The notes: generated by a model not told the origin, from the letters alone. A stretch of 64,000 nt of DNA from Actinomycetota bacterium (GCA_037443725.1 JBBINU010000011.1:4833-68832); one strand, 5' to 3'. Shown: positions 26,079 to 35,018, numbered from the stretch's first letter. Translations and numbers: made by a program.

Positions 26079-27497
26079 TCACATCACGCAGCAGGGCATG
26101 ACACTCACGTCGCGCTTGAAGGCGAGGGCTGCGAGTTTCAGGGCCTCGCTGAAAGTGGGGAACACATGGACAGTGTCGAGCAGGTCCTGCACGGTGAGGC
26201 CGAGCTTCACGGCGAGGACCGCCTCGTGGATGGTCTCGGCCGCGGCCGATGCCACGATGTGAACGCCAAGAATACGGGCGTCCTCGGGGTGGACCACCAT
26301 CTTTACTAGGCCCCTCGTGTCTCCGACCACCACAGCTCTTGGTACCTGGTCCATCCTCACCACCCTGCAGGAGCACCCCCCGAGACGGCGGAGCTCCTCG
26401 GCCTCGGTGATGCCCACAGAGGCCACCTGGGGATCTGTGAAAACGGCCCAGGGGACGTGGTCGTAGTCCATGGTCTCGCTCGCGTCCTCCAGGGCATTCC
26501 GGGCAGCCACATACCCCTCCCGTGCAGCCACCGTCTCCAGAGGCATCCTGCCCACCACGTCGCCGGCGGCGAAGATGTGAGGAGCGGAGGTTCTCATGTC
26601 CCTGCCGACGGTGATAAATCCCCTCGGATCCGTGGTGACGCCCGCCCTCTCGAGCCCGAGGCCGGCGGTGTTCGGCGAGATCCCAACCGCCACCAGGAGG
26701 TGATCGGCGCGGAAGACCATGGTCTCGCCCATCACGTCCGCCTCCACTGCGCGGGCGGCACCTTCCCTCCAGACGCGCCTGATCTCGCAGGCGCAGTGGA
26801 ACTTCATTCCCTCTGCCTCCAGGTGCCGCTGGAGCTCCTGGGAGACCTCCGGCTCCGACCTGGGAAGGATCTGGGGGAGCTTCTCCAGGACGGTGACCTC
26901 GGTACCGAGGCGGGAAAAGAACTGCCCGAGCTCGAGCCCGGTGGGGCCGGCCCCCACCACCAGGAGGGACCGCGGAAGCTCCCGGAGCTCCATGGCCTCT
27001 CGGCTCGTGATGTAGCCAGCCTCCCGGATCCCTGGGATGGGTGGGACTGCCGGGCGGGAGCCAGTGGCCACGAGGAAACGCTCGGCTGTGAGCACCTCTC
27101 CGTCGACCATAACCTCCTGGGGGGAGAGGAACCGGGCCTTTCCGGTGTAAAGGGTGATGAGGTCCCCGAAGGAGAGGAGGACCTCCTCGTAGTTCCGCCT
27201 TCGGAGGGCTGCCACCAGGTCGTCCTTGCTCCGGACGGCGGCGGCCAGATCAAAGGGGATCTCGCCCGCGGAGGCGATGGGGGTGGGAGGATGCTTGAGA
27301 TGGTGGTAGCGCTCGGCGAGGGAGAGGAGGTGCTTGCTCGGGATGCACCCGACGTTCACGCAGGTCCCGCCGAGGGGAAGCCCGGAGTTGACCATGGCCG
27401 TCCTGGCGCCGAGCTCTCGGGCGACGGTGGCGGCGGCGAACCCCGCCGCTCCCCCTCCTAAGATGATGAAGTCGTACCGGAGATCTCCTATGCTCAC
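26079..27497 (-). CDS. merA: Mercuric reductase without N-terminal metal-binding domain
   Basis: GGGAAG FAD motif, GGTCVNVGCIPSK redox pair, C-terminal vicinal Cys pair (RDVSVMPCCVM). Start GTG 27497. Confidence 0.85.
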   Translation of the reverse strand: MSIGDLRYDFIILGGGAAGFAAATVARELGARTAMVNSGLPLGGTCVNVGCIPSKHLLSLAERYHHLKHPPTPIASAGEIPFDLAAAVRSKDDLVAALRRRNYEEVLLSFGDLITLYTGKARFLSPQEVMVDGEVLTAERFLVATGSRPAVPPIPGIREAGYITSREAMELRELPRSLLVVGAGPTGLELGQFFSRLGTEVTVLEKLPQILPRSEPEVSQELQRHLEAEGMKFHCACEIRRVWREGAARAVEADVMGETMVFRADHLLVAVGISPNTAGLGLERAGVTTDPRGFITVGRDMRTSAPHIFAAGDVVGRMPLETVAAREGYVAARNALEDASETMDYDHVPWAVFTDPQVASVGITEAEELRRLGGCSCRVVRMDQVPRAVVVGDTRGLVKMVVHPEDARILGVHIVASAAAETIHEAVLAVKLGLTVQDLLDTVHVFPTFSEALKLAALAFKRDVSVMPCCVM

Positions 27498-27559
27498 GGT
27501 GTCCCCCTTTCCCCCAGCACCCTCCTCACCCTTCGGTCGGGCCTGGATCCTGCCCTTGA

Positions 27560-27591
27560 AGGATAGACCTTCGAGCTCGATCAAAGGTCAA
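27560..27591 (-). promoter_or_regulatory. MerR-family-type promoter/operator of merA
   Basis: TTGACC-20 bp-TATCCT with dyad GACCTTTGA-N6-TCGAAGGTC overlapping the -35 and spacer. Confidence 0.8.
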
Positions 27592-27719
27592 CCTCCTGGG
27601 CGAAGGGGTCGGGCTTGACATGGAGGAGTTCTCCGAGTTTTTCTCGCATCGGGGTGGGCCCTTGCCGGGGTCTGGCTAGGCTGGCCGGCTGTGGGCACCG
27701 CGGCTGCAAGGGAGGTGAG

Positions 27720-27950
27720 ATGCCCAAGTCGAAGGCGAAGAGGCGACGTTACCAGCCGCCCCCAAAGCCGAAACCCAAGCCGAGCCCGGGGTGGTTCCCT
27801 CCCCTCGTGCTTGGCGTGATTGGAGTGGCTGTTCTAACGCTTGTCCTGAACTACTTGGGGGTCCTGCCTAAGGCCCCGAACAACTGGTACCTCGCCGGAG
27901 GGTTCGTGCTGCTAGCCGGGGGGCTGGGGCTCGCTACACAGTGGAGGTGA
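27720..27950 (+). CDS. crgA: Cell division protein CrgA
   Basis: MPKSK start after GGAGGTGA, SPGWF, two TM helices, NWYLAGGF..LLAGG...TQWR; divergent from DUF881. Confidence 0.9.
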   Translation: MPKSKAKRRRYQPPPKPKPKPSPGWFPPLVLGVIGVAVLTLVLNYLGVLPKAPNNWYLAGGFVLLAGGLGLATQWR

Positions 27951-27953
27951 CGG

Positions 27954-27972
27954 TACCTCGAGGGGGTATACT
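27954..27972 (+). promoter_or_regulatory. CsoR-type operator overlapping a TATACT -10 (probably leaderless csoR)
   Basis: TACCTCGAGGGGGTA (TACC-N4-GGGGGTA, like Bacillus CsoR operators); TATACT 27967-27972; GTG start at 27979 with no SD. Confidence 0.75.
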
Positions 27973-27978
27973 CTCGCC

Positions 27979-28263
27979 GTGGCCTACCCGTACTCTGCCA
28001 AGAAGGAAGAGATCCTGACCCGGCTCCGGAAGATAGAGGGTCAGGTCAGGGGATTGCAGCGCATGGTGGAGGAGGACAGCTACTGCGTGGACCTCCTCAC
28101 TCAGATCGCTGCGGTGAAGCGGGCTATGGACCAGGTCGCGGTGAGGCTCCTGGACAGCCACATAAAAGGGTGCGTGAGGGACGCCGTGGCTGCTGGGGAC
28201 GCCGACCAGAAGGTCGAGGAGCTCGTCACGGTAGTGGAGCGGTTCCTCCGGGCCAGAAGGTGA
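27979..28263 (+). CDS. csoR: CsoR/RcnR family metal-sensing repressor
   Basis: RLRKIEGQVRGLQRMVEED.YCVD...HIKGCV: C-H-C copper fingerprint with upstream Tyr. Confidence 0.92.
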   Translation: MAYPYSAKKEEILTRLRKIEGQVRGLQRMVEEDSYCVDLLTQIAAVKRAMDQVAVRLLDSHIKGCVRDAVAAGDADQKVEELVTVVERFLRARR

Positions 28264-28310
28264 GAGGAGGGGGGACCCTGGGGGAGGTGACGGGTCCGGC
28301 GGAAGCCTAG

Positions 28311-28342
28311 TTACACACAGGTTTTTCCACAGCTGTGGAAGA
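28311..28342. promoter_or_regulatory. Cluster of three DnaA-box-like sites
   Basis: TTACACACA (28311, 1 mismatch), TTTTCCACA (28323, consensus), inverted TGTGGAAGA (28334, 1 mismatch). Confidence 0.6.
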
Positions 28343-28361
28343 AGAGTCCGCTGGAGGGCGG

Positions 28362-28610
28362 ATGCCGGTTTTCGAGTACAGGTGCCTTGAGTGCGGGGAG
28401 CGTTTTGACCGGGTGGTTCTCCCCGGGGAGGAGGAGCCCGAGGCCTGCCCATCCTGCGGTGGGGCTATAAGAAGGGCTTTCGGGCGGGTGGCCGCGGTCT
28501 TCCAGGGTTGGGGGTTCGCGCGGACCGACAGTCTCCTTCCGGAGGACCGCCCGCGCAAGCCCTTCAAGCTCCTGAAGGAGAAGGCGGAACAGATCGCCGA
28601 CGAGACGTAG
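28362..28610 (+). CDS. FmdB-family zinc-ribbon protein
   Basis: MPVFEYRCLECG...CPSCGG...VFQGWGFARTD. Confidence 0.9.
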   Translation: MPVFEYRCLECGERFDRVVLPGEEEPEACPSCGGAIRRAFGRVAAVFQGWGFARTDSLLPEDRPRKPFKLLKEKAEQIADET

Positions 28611-28676
28611 CTCCCGGCTCGGTCCACGGAGGAGGCCCGGAGGGGTCTTCCGGGGGCTTGGAGCCCGGGGTGGCCT

Positions 28677-28913
28677 TCAGGTTCCTATCTCTTCCCGCTC
28701 CGCCATGGGTTGTCCGCAGTGGGAGGGGGCGTCAGCCCTACCCTTCCTCACCTCCAGGAACTCGGCGCCGCAGGAGGGGCAGTAGTAAAGGCGCCGGGCA
28801 GGGGGCTCGCCGGGCGGGGTGAGACCCGGGCGGCCGAGGGCCTGGAGAATGGCCAGTCCCGCCGCGAGGATTAATCCCCCCATGAGGAGCGCGGCTAGGA
28901 TCCGAAAACCCAC
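28677..28913 (-). CDS. Small membrane-anchored protein with CxxC...HC metal-binding motif
   Basis: N-terminal TM then YYCPSCG...PSHCGQPM. Confidence 0.7.
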   Translation of the reverse strand: MGFRILAALLMGGLILAAGLAILQALGRPGLTPPGEPPARRLYYCPSCGAEFLEVRKGRADAPSHCGQPMAEREEIGT

Positions 28914-28984
28914 ATCCTATCCTGGCTCCTTCCACGAAAGCCCTCGGGCGGGCCTGAAACAGGCCCCGACGGTAAGGATCCCCT

Positions 28985-30157
28985 TTACGGGATCCTTTCG
29001 ATTATGGTGGCGTTGGCCATACCGCCACCCTCGCACATAGTCTGAAGGCCGTACCTGCCGCCCCTCCTCTCGAGCTCGTAGAGGAGCTTGGTCATGAGGA
29101 TGGCCCCCGTTGCTCCAAGAGGGTGGCCGAGGGCGATGGCCCCGCCGTTGGGGTTCACGTGCTCCTCGAACCAGTCATCGGGAATGGCGAGCTCTTTCTT
29201 CCAGGCCAGAACCACTGAAGCGAAGGCCTCGTTTATCTCGACCACGTCCATGTCGTAAAGGCTAAGGCCGGTCCTCTCCAGGATCTTCCTGGTGGCCGGG
29301 ATGGGTCCAGAGAGCATGGTGACGGGGTCGACGCCGGCCAGGGCGAAGGCGTGGAACCTAGCCCTCGGCCGGAGGCCGAGCCTCTCGGCAGTCTCCCTCG
29401 AGGCCACCAGGAGGGCGGCGGCGCCGTCAGAGATCTGAGAGGAGTTCCCGGCCGTCACCACCCCGTCTTCCTTGAAGGCCGGCTTGAGAGCGGCCATCTT
29501 CTCGAGGGAGGTGTCGAAGCGGACCCCCTCGTCGATCTCGAAGAGCTCCGTGGAGCCGTTTTCCACCGTGACCTTGACGGGCGCGATCTGGCTCTGGAAG
29601 CGGCCCTCGCGGATGGCGCGGGCGGCTGTCTGGTGGCTGCGGTAGCCGAACCGGTCGAGCTCCTCCCGGGACAGCCCCCACCTGGCCGCCATGATCTCAG
29701 CGGAGATCCCCTGGGGAACGAGACCACCCTGGTACCTTTCCCACATGGACGGGGGGAAGGGGTTTGCTCCCTGGGAGCTCGATCCCATGGGCACTCTGGT
29801 CATGGACTCGACTCCTCCCACGACAACGAGGTCATAGACCCCCGCCATGATGCCCTGGGCCGCGAAATGGGCAGCCTGCTGGGACGAGCCACACTGCCTG
29901 TCCACGGTGGTGGCAGGGACCTCTTCGGGAAAGCCCGCGGCGAGCCAGGCGTTCCTGGCTATGTTGAAGGCCTGCTCCGAGGTCTGGCTCACGCAACCGA
30001 CGATGACGTCGTCGACGCGGGCCGGGTCTATACGGGTACGGGCCACGAGCTCCTTGAAGACGTGGGCCAGGAGCTCAGCGGGGTGCCAGTCCTTGAGCTT
30101 TCCGTTTCTCTTCCCCACCGGGGTTCGCACCGCTTCCACTATCACAGCTTCCCTCAT
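28985..30157 (-). CDS. Acetyl-CoA C-acyltransferase (thiolase)
   Basis: RQCGSSQQA, NEAFA, GHPLGATG, CEGGG catalytic motifs. Confidence 0.96.
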   Translation of the reverse strand: MREAVIVEAVRTPVGKRNGKLKDWHPAELLAHVFKELVARTRIDPARVDDVIVGCVSQTSEQAFNIARNAWLAAGFPEEVPATTVDRQCGSSQQAAHFAAQGIMAGVYDLVVVGGVESMTRVPMGSSSQGANPFPPSMWERYQGGLVPQGISAEIMAARWGLSREELDRFGYRSHQTAARAIREGRFQSQIAPVKVTVENGSTELFEIDEGVRFDTSLEKMAALKPAFKEDGVVTAGNSSQISDGAAALLVASRETAERLGLRPRARFHAFALAGVDPVTMLSGPIPATRKILERTGLSLYDMDVVEINEAFASVVLAWKKELAIPDDWFEEHVNPNGGAIALGHPLGATGAILMTKLLYELERRGGRYGLQTMCEGGGMANATIIERIP

Positions 30158-30279
30158 GCTGCACCCCCTGGGCATTTCCCTCTGAGGACGACCGGGCTCA
30201 GCCGGTCACGGTTGCACTTTAGGGCTGCTCGACCCCGGGGTCAAGTGGCTTGCCCTTTCCGATGTGGCTGCCGTGCGGG

Positions 30280-30696
30280 TCAGGCGTTAGGTGGAACGAG
30301 GAGGACGGGCTTGCGGGAGGAGCGGAGAACCCTCTCGGCAACGCTCCCGGTGAAAAGGCGGGGGAGCCCGGCACGTGCGTGGGTGGCCATGACCACAAGG
30401 TCCGCTCCCGCCTCCTCCATGACCCTGAGGATGGTCTCGGCTGGCTCCCCGTACTCGACGAGCTCTCTCACTCTGAAGCTCCTGAGCCTGAGGGGCTCCA
30501 CGAGTCTCGAGAGGTAGCGGTGGGCTGCCTCCCTCACCTCCTCGGGGTAACGGGCCTCCCCGACCCCTGGGATGGGCTCCTCCACCCGAAGGAGAAGTAT
30601 CTCCGAAGAGAACCTCCTAGCCAGGGCCTCCGCGTGGGGGAGAGCGCGCTCGGCGAAGTCCGATCCGTCGAGGGGAACCAGGATCCTCCTGTACAC
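30280..30696 (-). CDS. Universal stress protein
   Basis: ILVPLDGS, ADLVVMATHAR..L..LFTGSVAERVLRSSRKPVLLV. Confidence 0.95.
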   Translation of the reverse strand: MYRRILVPLDGSDFAERALPHAEALARRFSSEILLLRVEEPIPGVGEARYPEEVREAAHRYLSRLVEPLRLRSFRVRELVEYGEPAETILRVMEEAGADLVVMATHARAGLPRLFTGSVAERVLRSSRKPVLLVPPNA

Positions 30697-30775
30697 GCTA
30701 TCCTCCTCCCGAGCGGCCGCCGCTCTTCTCGCCTGCCCTTCGTAGCAGCTCGCTGCCGCGGTTCATGGGGGAAGC

Positions 30776-32080
30776 CTACCCTCCTCCGTGGGTGAGCAGG
30801 AGCACCAGGTTAAGGGTGAGGAGGACCGCGGCGGTGGCCGGGAGTGCGAGCCTCAGGTACTCGCGCCAGGCCAGCGGCCTTCCCAGGTATCTCTCGAACA
30901 CGGCGAGGGCCACCACGTTGGCGGAGGCCCCGATAGGGGTGCCATTCCCGCCTATGTCGATCCCTAAGGCCGCGGCCCAGACCAGGGGCCGGAGGGGTAG
31001 CCCGGCCCGGGCCAGGTGTCCGAGGACGGGAGCGACGCTCGCGGCGAAGGGGACGTTGTCCACGAGGGCGCTGGTTGCGGCCCCGGCCCAGAAGAGGGAG
31101 GCGAGGGCGAGGGGGAGTCTGCCTCCAGTCGTGTTCCCCAGGGCGGCGGCCACGGCTTTCAGGGCCCCCACCTCCTCGAGGCCTCCGACCAGGACAAACA
31201 GGGAGGCGAAGAAGACCAGGGTAGGCCAGTCCAGGGAGTGGAGCACGGCCGGGGTCTTCTTTCTGGGTCCCCCCAGAAGGAGGGCGAGGACCGCTCCGGA
31301 GATACCGATGACACCGACGCCCAGGCCCGTCCAGGTGTGGGCAAGGAGCATGGTCACCACGTAGGCGAGGGAGACGAGCCCCGCCAGGAGCAGCTGGCGG
31401 TCCTTGAGGGCACGGCCCGGGTCGAGCCGCGAGAGGGCTCTCTCCAGCTCCAACGGCCTGGTGCGGAACCGGGCTCTGGCAGCCCGGATCTCCTTCCGGG
31501 CGACAAGAGCGAAGAACGCCGTGTTGAGGAGGAGGCCGAGAAGGGCGAGGGGACCGGTGTTAGCCGCGAAGTCGGCGAAGGAGAGGCCGAAGTGGGTCCC
31601 GAGGATGACGTTGGGGGGATCGCCCACCATGGTTCCGGAGCCCCCTATGTTGGCCGCTGTCACCTCGGCCACGATGAGGGGGAGCGGAGAGACCCCGAGG
31701 GCCGAGGCAATCTCCAGGGTGAGTCCGGACATGAAGAGCATGACCGTGATGGAGTCGACGAAGGCCGAGAGGAGGCCCGCGAGAAGGGGGAGGGCCAGGT
31801 AAACCTTGAGAGGGTCGAGGCGAACGGCGCGGGCGGTGGAGAGGCCGAGCCAGGTGAAGAAACCGGCTCTCTCGAGGACGCCCACCACCACCAACATGCC
31901 CGCGAGGAAGAGGAGGGTCTCAAAGCCCTGGTACCTGAGGACCCCATCTCCCCCAAGAACCAGGGCCCCCATGGCCACGGCGCCGGCCATCCCCGCCACG
32001 GCCCTGTCTGCCCTCCCCGAGGCGATGGCCGTGTAGGTGAGGACGAAGATGGCGATGGCGATTGCCGGTCTCGCTGCCAC
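30776..32080 (-). CDS. ArsB/NhaD/CitMHS-family ion transporter
   Basis: ~12 TM; SAFVDSIT, ANIGGSGTMVGDPPN, LVDNVP, GGNGTPIGASANVV. Confidence 0.88.
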   Translation of the reverse strand: MAARPAIAIAIFVLTYTAIASGRADRAVAGMAGAVAMGALVLGGDGVLRYQGFETLLFLAGMLVVVGVLERAGFFTWLGLSTARAVRLDPLKVYLALPLLAGLLSAFVDSITVMLFMSGLTLEIASALGVSPLPLIVAEVTAANIGGSGTMVGDPPNVILGTHFGLSFADFAANTGPLALLGLLLNTAFFALVARKEIRAARARFRTRPLELERALSRLDPGRALKDRQLLLAGLVSLAYVVTMLLAHTWTGLGVGVIGISGAVLALLLGGPRKKTPAVLHSLDWPTLVFFASLFVLVGGLEEVGALKAVAAALGNTTGGRLPLALASLFWAGAATSALVDNVPFAASVAPVLGHLARAGLPLRPLVWAAALGIDIGGNGTPIGASANVVALAVFERYLGRPLAWREYLRLALPATAAVLLTLNLVLLLTHGGG

Positions 32081-32513
32081 GCCTCTCCTCCTGTCCTCCC
32101 CCCGTGGGCCCTCTCTGCCGCCCGCCCACCCAAAAAAGGCTCAAATGGGTGCCGGCATGGGGCAGAGGCCAGGTTGGGCCGCCTCGCGCCCGAGCTACCG
32201 GCGGGAGGATGGGGCAAGCGTGTTTCGAAGCGGTTACGACGGGATGACGGGTGGGTGTCTGGCTGGGGGGCGGTCCGCTCGGGTGGGTACCTGCTGAGGG
32301 CCGGCGGGCCCTGGATGCTGGGCGCGCCCTGGGTGCCGGGGGCTCGTTTATAGTCTCGCGAGATGGGTCCGGAGGGCTCCTTTCTAGAAGGGACCGAGCC
32401 GGCGGAACCCCTAAGTCTGGCTCGAGGGATCGCCGGAGAAGAGGGGTAGGCCCCGACTCTCCAGTCGGGTCCTGGCGGCCCTGAGTTTCCTCGCGGACGC
32501 GGGTAGGGCGAGG

Positions 32514-33131
32514 ATGCCTGGCTGGGCCGATAAAGCCCTCGCTGTCCTCGCCATCCTCCTCGCCCTGGGGGGTGTGGGTCTCTTCTCCTACCCGTTCTTC
32601 ACGGACATCTATAGCGAGAAGGTCATCCAGCAGGGCCTGGCGGAGAGGTTCCTCGGCGAGGAGGCAAAAAAGGCCTACACCCAGGGGGATCTCCGGCAGG
32701 GTCAGCCGCTCACCAGGATCATCATTCCCAGGATCGGTGTGGACACCATCGTGGTGGAGGGAACCAGCCCGTCGGCCCTGAGAGCGGGGGCGGGGCATTA
32801 CGAGGGAACCCCCCTTCCCTGCCAGCCCGGGAATGTGGCCATTGCGGGACACAGGACCACGTACGGGCGGCCCTTCAACCGCCTGGATGAGCTCGGGCCG
32901 GGCGATCTTGTCATCCTCGAGACGCCCTTCGAGCGCTGCGAGTATGAGGTGGCTCCGGCCTTCGATGGGCATCCCAATCCCTGGGTCACCACCCCTTATG
33001 ACTGGTCCGTGGTGGCGCCCACGGACTACCCGGCTCTCACCCTCACCACCTGCCACCCGAAGGGAAGCGCGAGGCAGAGGCTGATCCTCCGGGCGAGGCT
33101 GGTGAGAACGGCGCCGAGGTCCGGTGCGTAG
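32514..33131 (+). CDS. Second class E-type sortase
   Basis: IIIPRIGV..VVEG, GAGHY, AGHRTTYGRPF, TLTTCHP, RQRL. Confidence 0.93.
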   Translation: MPGWADKALAVLAILLALGGVGLFSYPFFTDIYSEKVIQQGLAERFLGEEAKKAYTQGDLRQGQPLTRIIIPRIGVDTIVVEGTSPSALRAGAGHYEGTPLPCQPGNVAIAGHRTTYGRPFNRLDELGPGDLVILETPFERCEYEVAPAFDGHPNPWVTTPYDWSVVAPTDYPALTLTTCHPKGSARQRLILRARLVRTAPRSGA

Positions 33132-33244
33132 GGGGTCGAGGCTTCCCCTGCCGGCAAGGTGGGTGAAGGCTGCCTCTCTTTACCGGCTGGGGCGCGCTCC
33201 GAGGGGGGCGGGCGTCGTTATAGTTAGGGCGAGGGGGTTCGAGC

Positions 33245-34429
33245 GTGCTAGTGAGGCCGGCCATGAGGGGAACTCTCGTCGTGAGATTTGCGGGGGCCGG
33301 TGCTCTCGCGGCTCTCGCCTCCCTGCTTTTCGCGCCGGCTTCCTCGGCGAGGGCCACGGTGGAGTGGCAGAGCCCCAACGAGGGGGCGGTGCTCAAGGGG
33401 ACGGTGGGGATCAAGGTGGTGGGGAGCGCGGACGGGTTCCTTGAGAGGGTGGAGGAGATAAAGCTCGCAGCGGCGGGGGAGGGTGCCCAGGGGGGGTCGT
33501 GGGCGGGGCAGTGCCCAAAGGACAAGGACTGCAGCACGTTCTCCCTCGAGGCGACCTGGGACACCAGGCGGGGGAGCTCGGGCTTGCTGCCCAACGGGAC
33601 CTACGTTCTCACCGCGGTGGTGAGGACCTCCTCGCCTTTTGGGGGCGACGAAGGGAAAAGCGAGGAGACGGTCTTCGTCTCCAACCCGCCCGCGCGGCCC
33701 GTCTGGAAGGGCGAGGGCGTGGTGAGCTCCCCGGAAGGGGCGGGACCGCGGGTAACCCTCACCTGGGAGGCCGGGAAGGAGCCGGACCTCAGGGAATACT
33801 GGATCTACCGGCAGGCCCCGTGGGAGGAGGCGCCCCAGCCCCTCGCCGTGGTCCCGGGGAGCAGGACCACGTACGAAGACAGAGACTTCGTCGCCCCCTC
33901 CCCGAGGCCCGAGGGGTATGCGGGGAGCTACCGGTACTTCATCGTGGCCTTGAGGCCGAGACCCAGCTCGGATCGGAGCACCAGCGCTAAGTGCCGGCTG
34001 GACGTTAAAGGGAACCCCGATCCCGTAGGGGATCCGTGTATAGCTTCGGAGGCCTCGGAGGTGAGGGGTGTGACGCTCTCCCCGCCGCAGCCGCCGAGCC
34101 CCGGTTCCTCGCCGGCTGGAGCCGCACCGGTTACTGAGGGCGCACCTCCTCCTCCTCAGGCAGCGGCCCCTTCGCTGCCCCGGGCTACCCTTCCCAAGCC
34201 GCCCCCGGTGCAGGACGCCCCCTTTTCCCTGACTCTCCCCTACCCGACTCCCGCGAACCTCGAGGTGGCGGAGCCTGGTGAGGAGTCCCCCGGGCCTCTG
34301 GGCTGGGCGGCACGGGTGGTGAGGAGGCGGGAGCTGGATAAACGTGCCGTCCTGGTTCCTGTGGCCGGGGGGATGATGCTCATGGTCTCCGCCGGTCTGG
34401 CCCTCAAGGCCAGGCAGGGGCTGAGGTGA
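33245..34429 (+). CDS. Exported Ig/fibronectin-III-like protein with C-terminal membrane anchor
   Basis: Signal peptide (AxA site near ASSARA), LPNGTYVLTA, VTLTWE...EPDLREYWIYR...TYED, Pro-rich linker, C-terminal hydrophobic helix plus KARQGLR. Confidence 0.8.
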   Translation: MLVRPAMRGTLVVRFAGAGALAALASLLFAPASSARATVEWQSPNEGAVLKGTVGIKVVGSADGFLERVEEIKLAAAGEGAQGGSWAGQCPKDKDCSTFSLEATWDTRRGSSGLLPNGTYVLTAVVRTSSPFGGDEGKSEETVFVSNPPARPVWKGEGVVSSPEGAGPRVTLTWEAGKEPDLREYWIYRQAPWEEAPQPLAVVPGSRTTYEDRDFVAPSPRPEGYAGSYRYFIVALRPRPSSDRSTSAKCRLDVKGNPDPVGDPCIASEASEVRGVTLSPPQPPSPGSSPAGAAPVTEGAPPPPQAAAPSLPRATLPKPPPVQDAPFSLTLPYPTPANLEVAEPGEESPGPLGWAARVVRRRELDKRAVLVPVAGGMMLMVSAGLALKARQGLR

Positions 34430-34460
34430 CCCCGGGAGGCGAGGGGGGGACCTAACTCAG

Positions 34461-35018
34461 TCAAAGGCGTGAGCCCCGGACGGTGGCCGCCCGGGCCAGG
34501 TCGAGGGCGAGCCGGACCGCTTCCTCAGGGGAGGAGGCCTCCCGGATCCTCGTGTCCGGCCTTCCCGCCCTCGCCAGCTGCCAGGTGGCCAGGCCCACCA
34601 CGGGCTTCCCGAGCTTGAGGGCGTGGGCTATCTCCGAGAGGGTTCCGTACTCCCCTCCCACCGCCACCACCGCGTCAGCGGCCATGACCACCACTACGTT
34701 CCTGGCCTCGCCGAGGCCTGTGGGGATGGCTACATCGACCCAGGGGTTCGCCTCGATCCGCGAGGTCCCGGGGAGTATCCCCACCACCAGGCCGCCTTCC
34801 AGCCTCGCCCCCCTGGAGGCGGCCTCCATCACGCCCCCGAGGCCCCCCGTGACGAGGACCGCCCCGGCGCGCGCCACCTCCCTCCCCACTCTCTCGGCCA
34901 CGGCAGCTTCCTCAGGGCTGGCGAGGGAGGAACCCACAACGGAGAGGTGGATGCGGCTTCGAACGGAGTTCGTTACCGGGGACACCAGGGTCACCCCCTC
35001 ACTGGAGAAGGCTGGCAA
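34461..35018 (-). CDS. TIGR00725 / LOG-family Rossmann-fold protein
   Basis: VLVTGGLGGVMEAASRGA, GILPG, TGLGEARN, GGEYGTLSEIAHALKLGKPVV. Confidence 0.88.
   Translation of the reverse strand: MPAFSSEGVTLVSPVTNSVRSRIHLSVVGSSLASPEEAAVAERVGREVARAGAVLVTGGLGGVMEAASRGARLEGGLVVGILPGTSRIEANPWVDVAIPTGLGEARNVVVVMAADAVVAVGGEYGTLSEIAHALKLGKPVVGLATWQLARAGRPDTRIREASSPEEAVRLALDLARAATVRGSRL

Noticed and set aside
26079-27497. Dihydrolipoamide dehydrogenase or mycothione reductase call
   Set aside because: The C-terminal vicinal Cys-Cys and the MerR-type promoter favour MerA; the Lpd His-Glu dyad motif is not intact (HVFPTFSE).
32526-32533. WhiG/sigma-28 -10 GCCGATAA (also GCCGATAT near 38618)
   Set aside because: No TAAA -35 at the right distance, and the first lies inside the sortase coding start.
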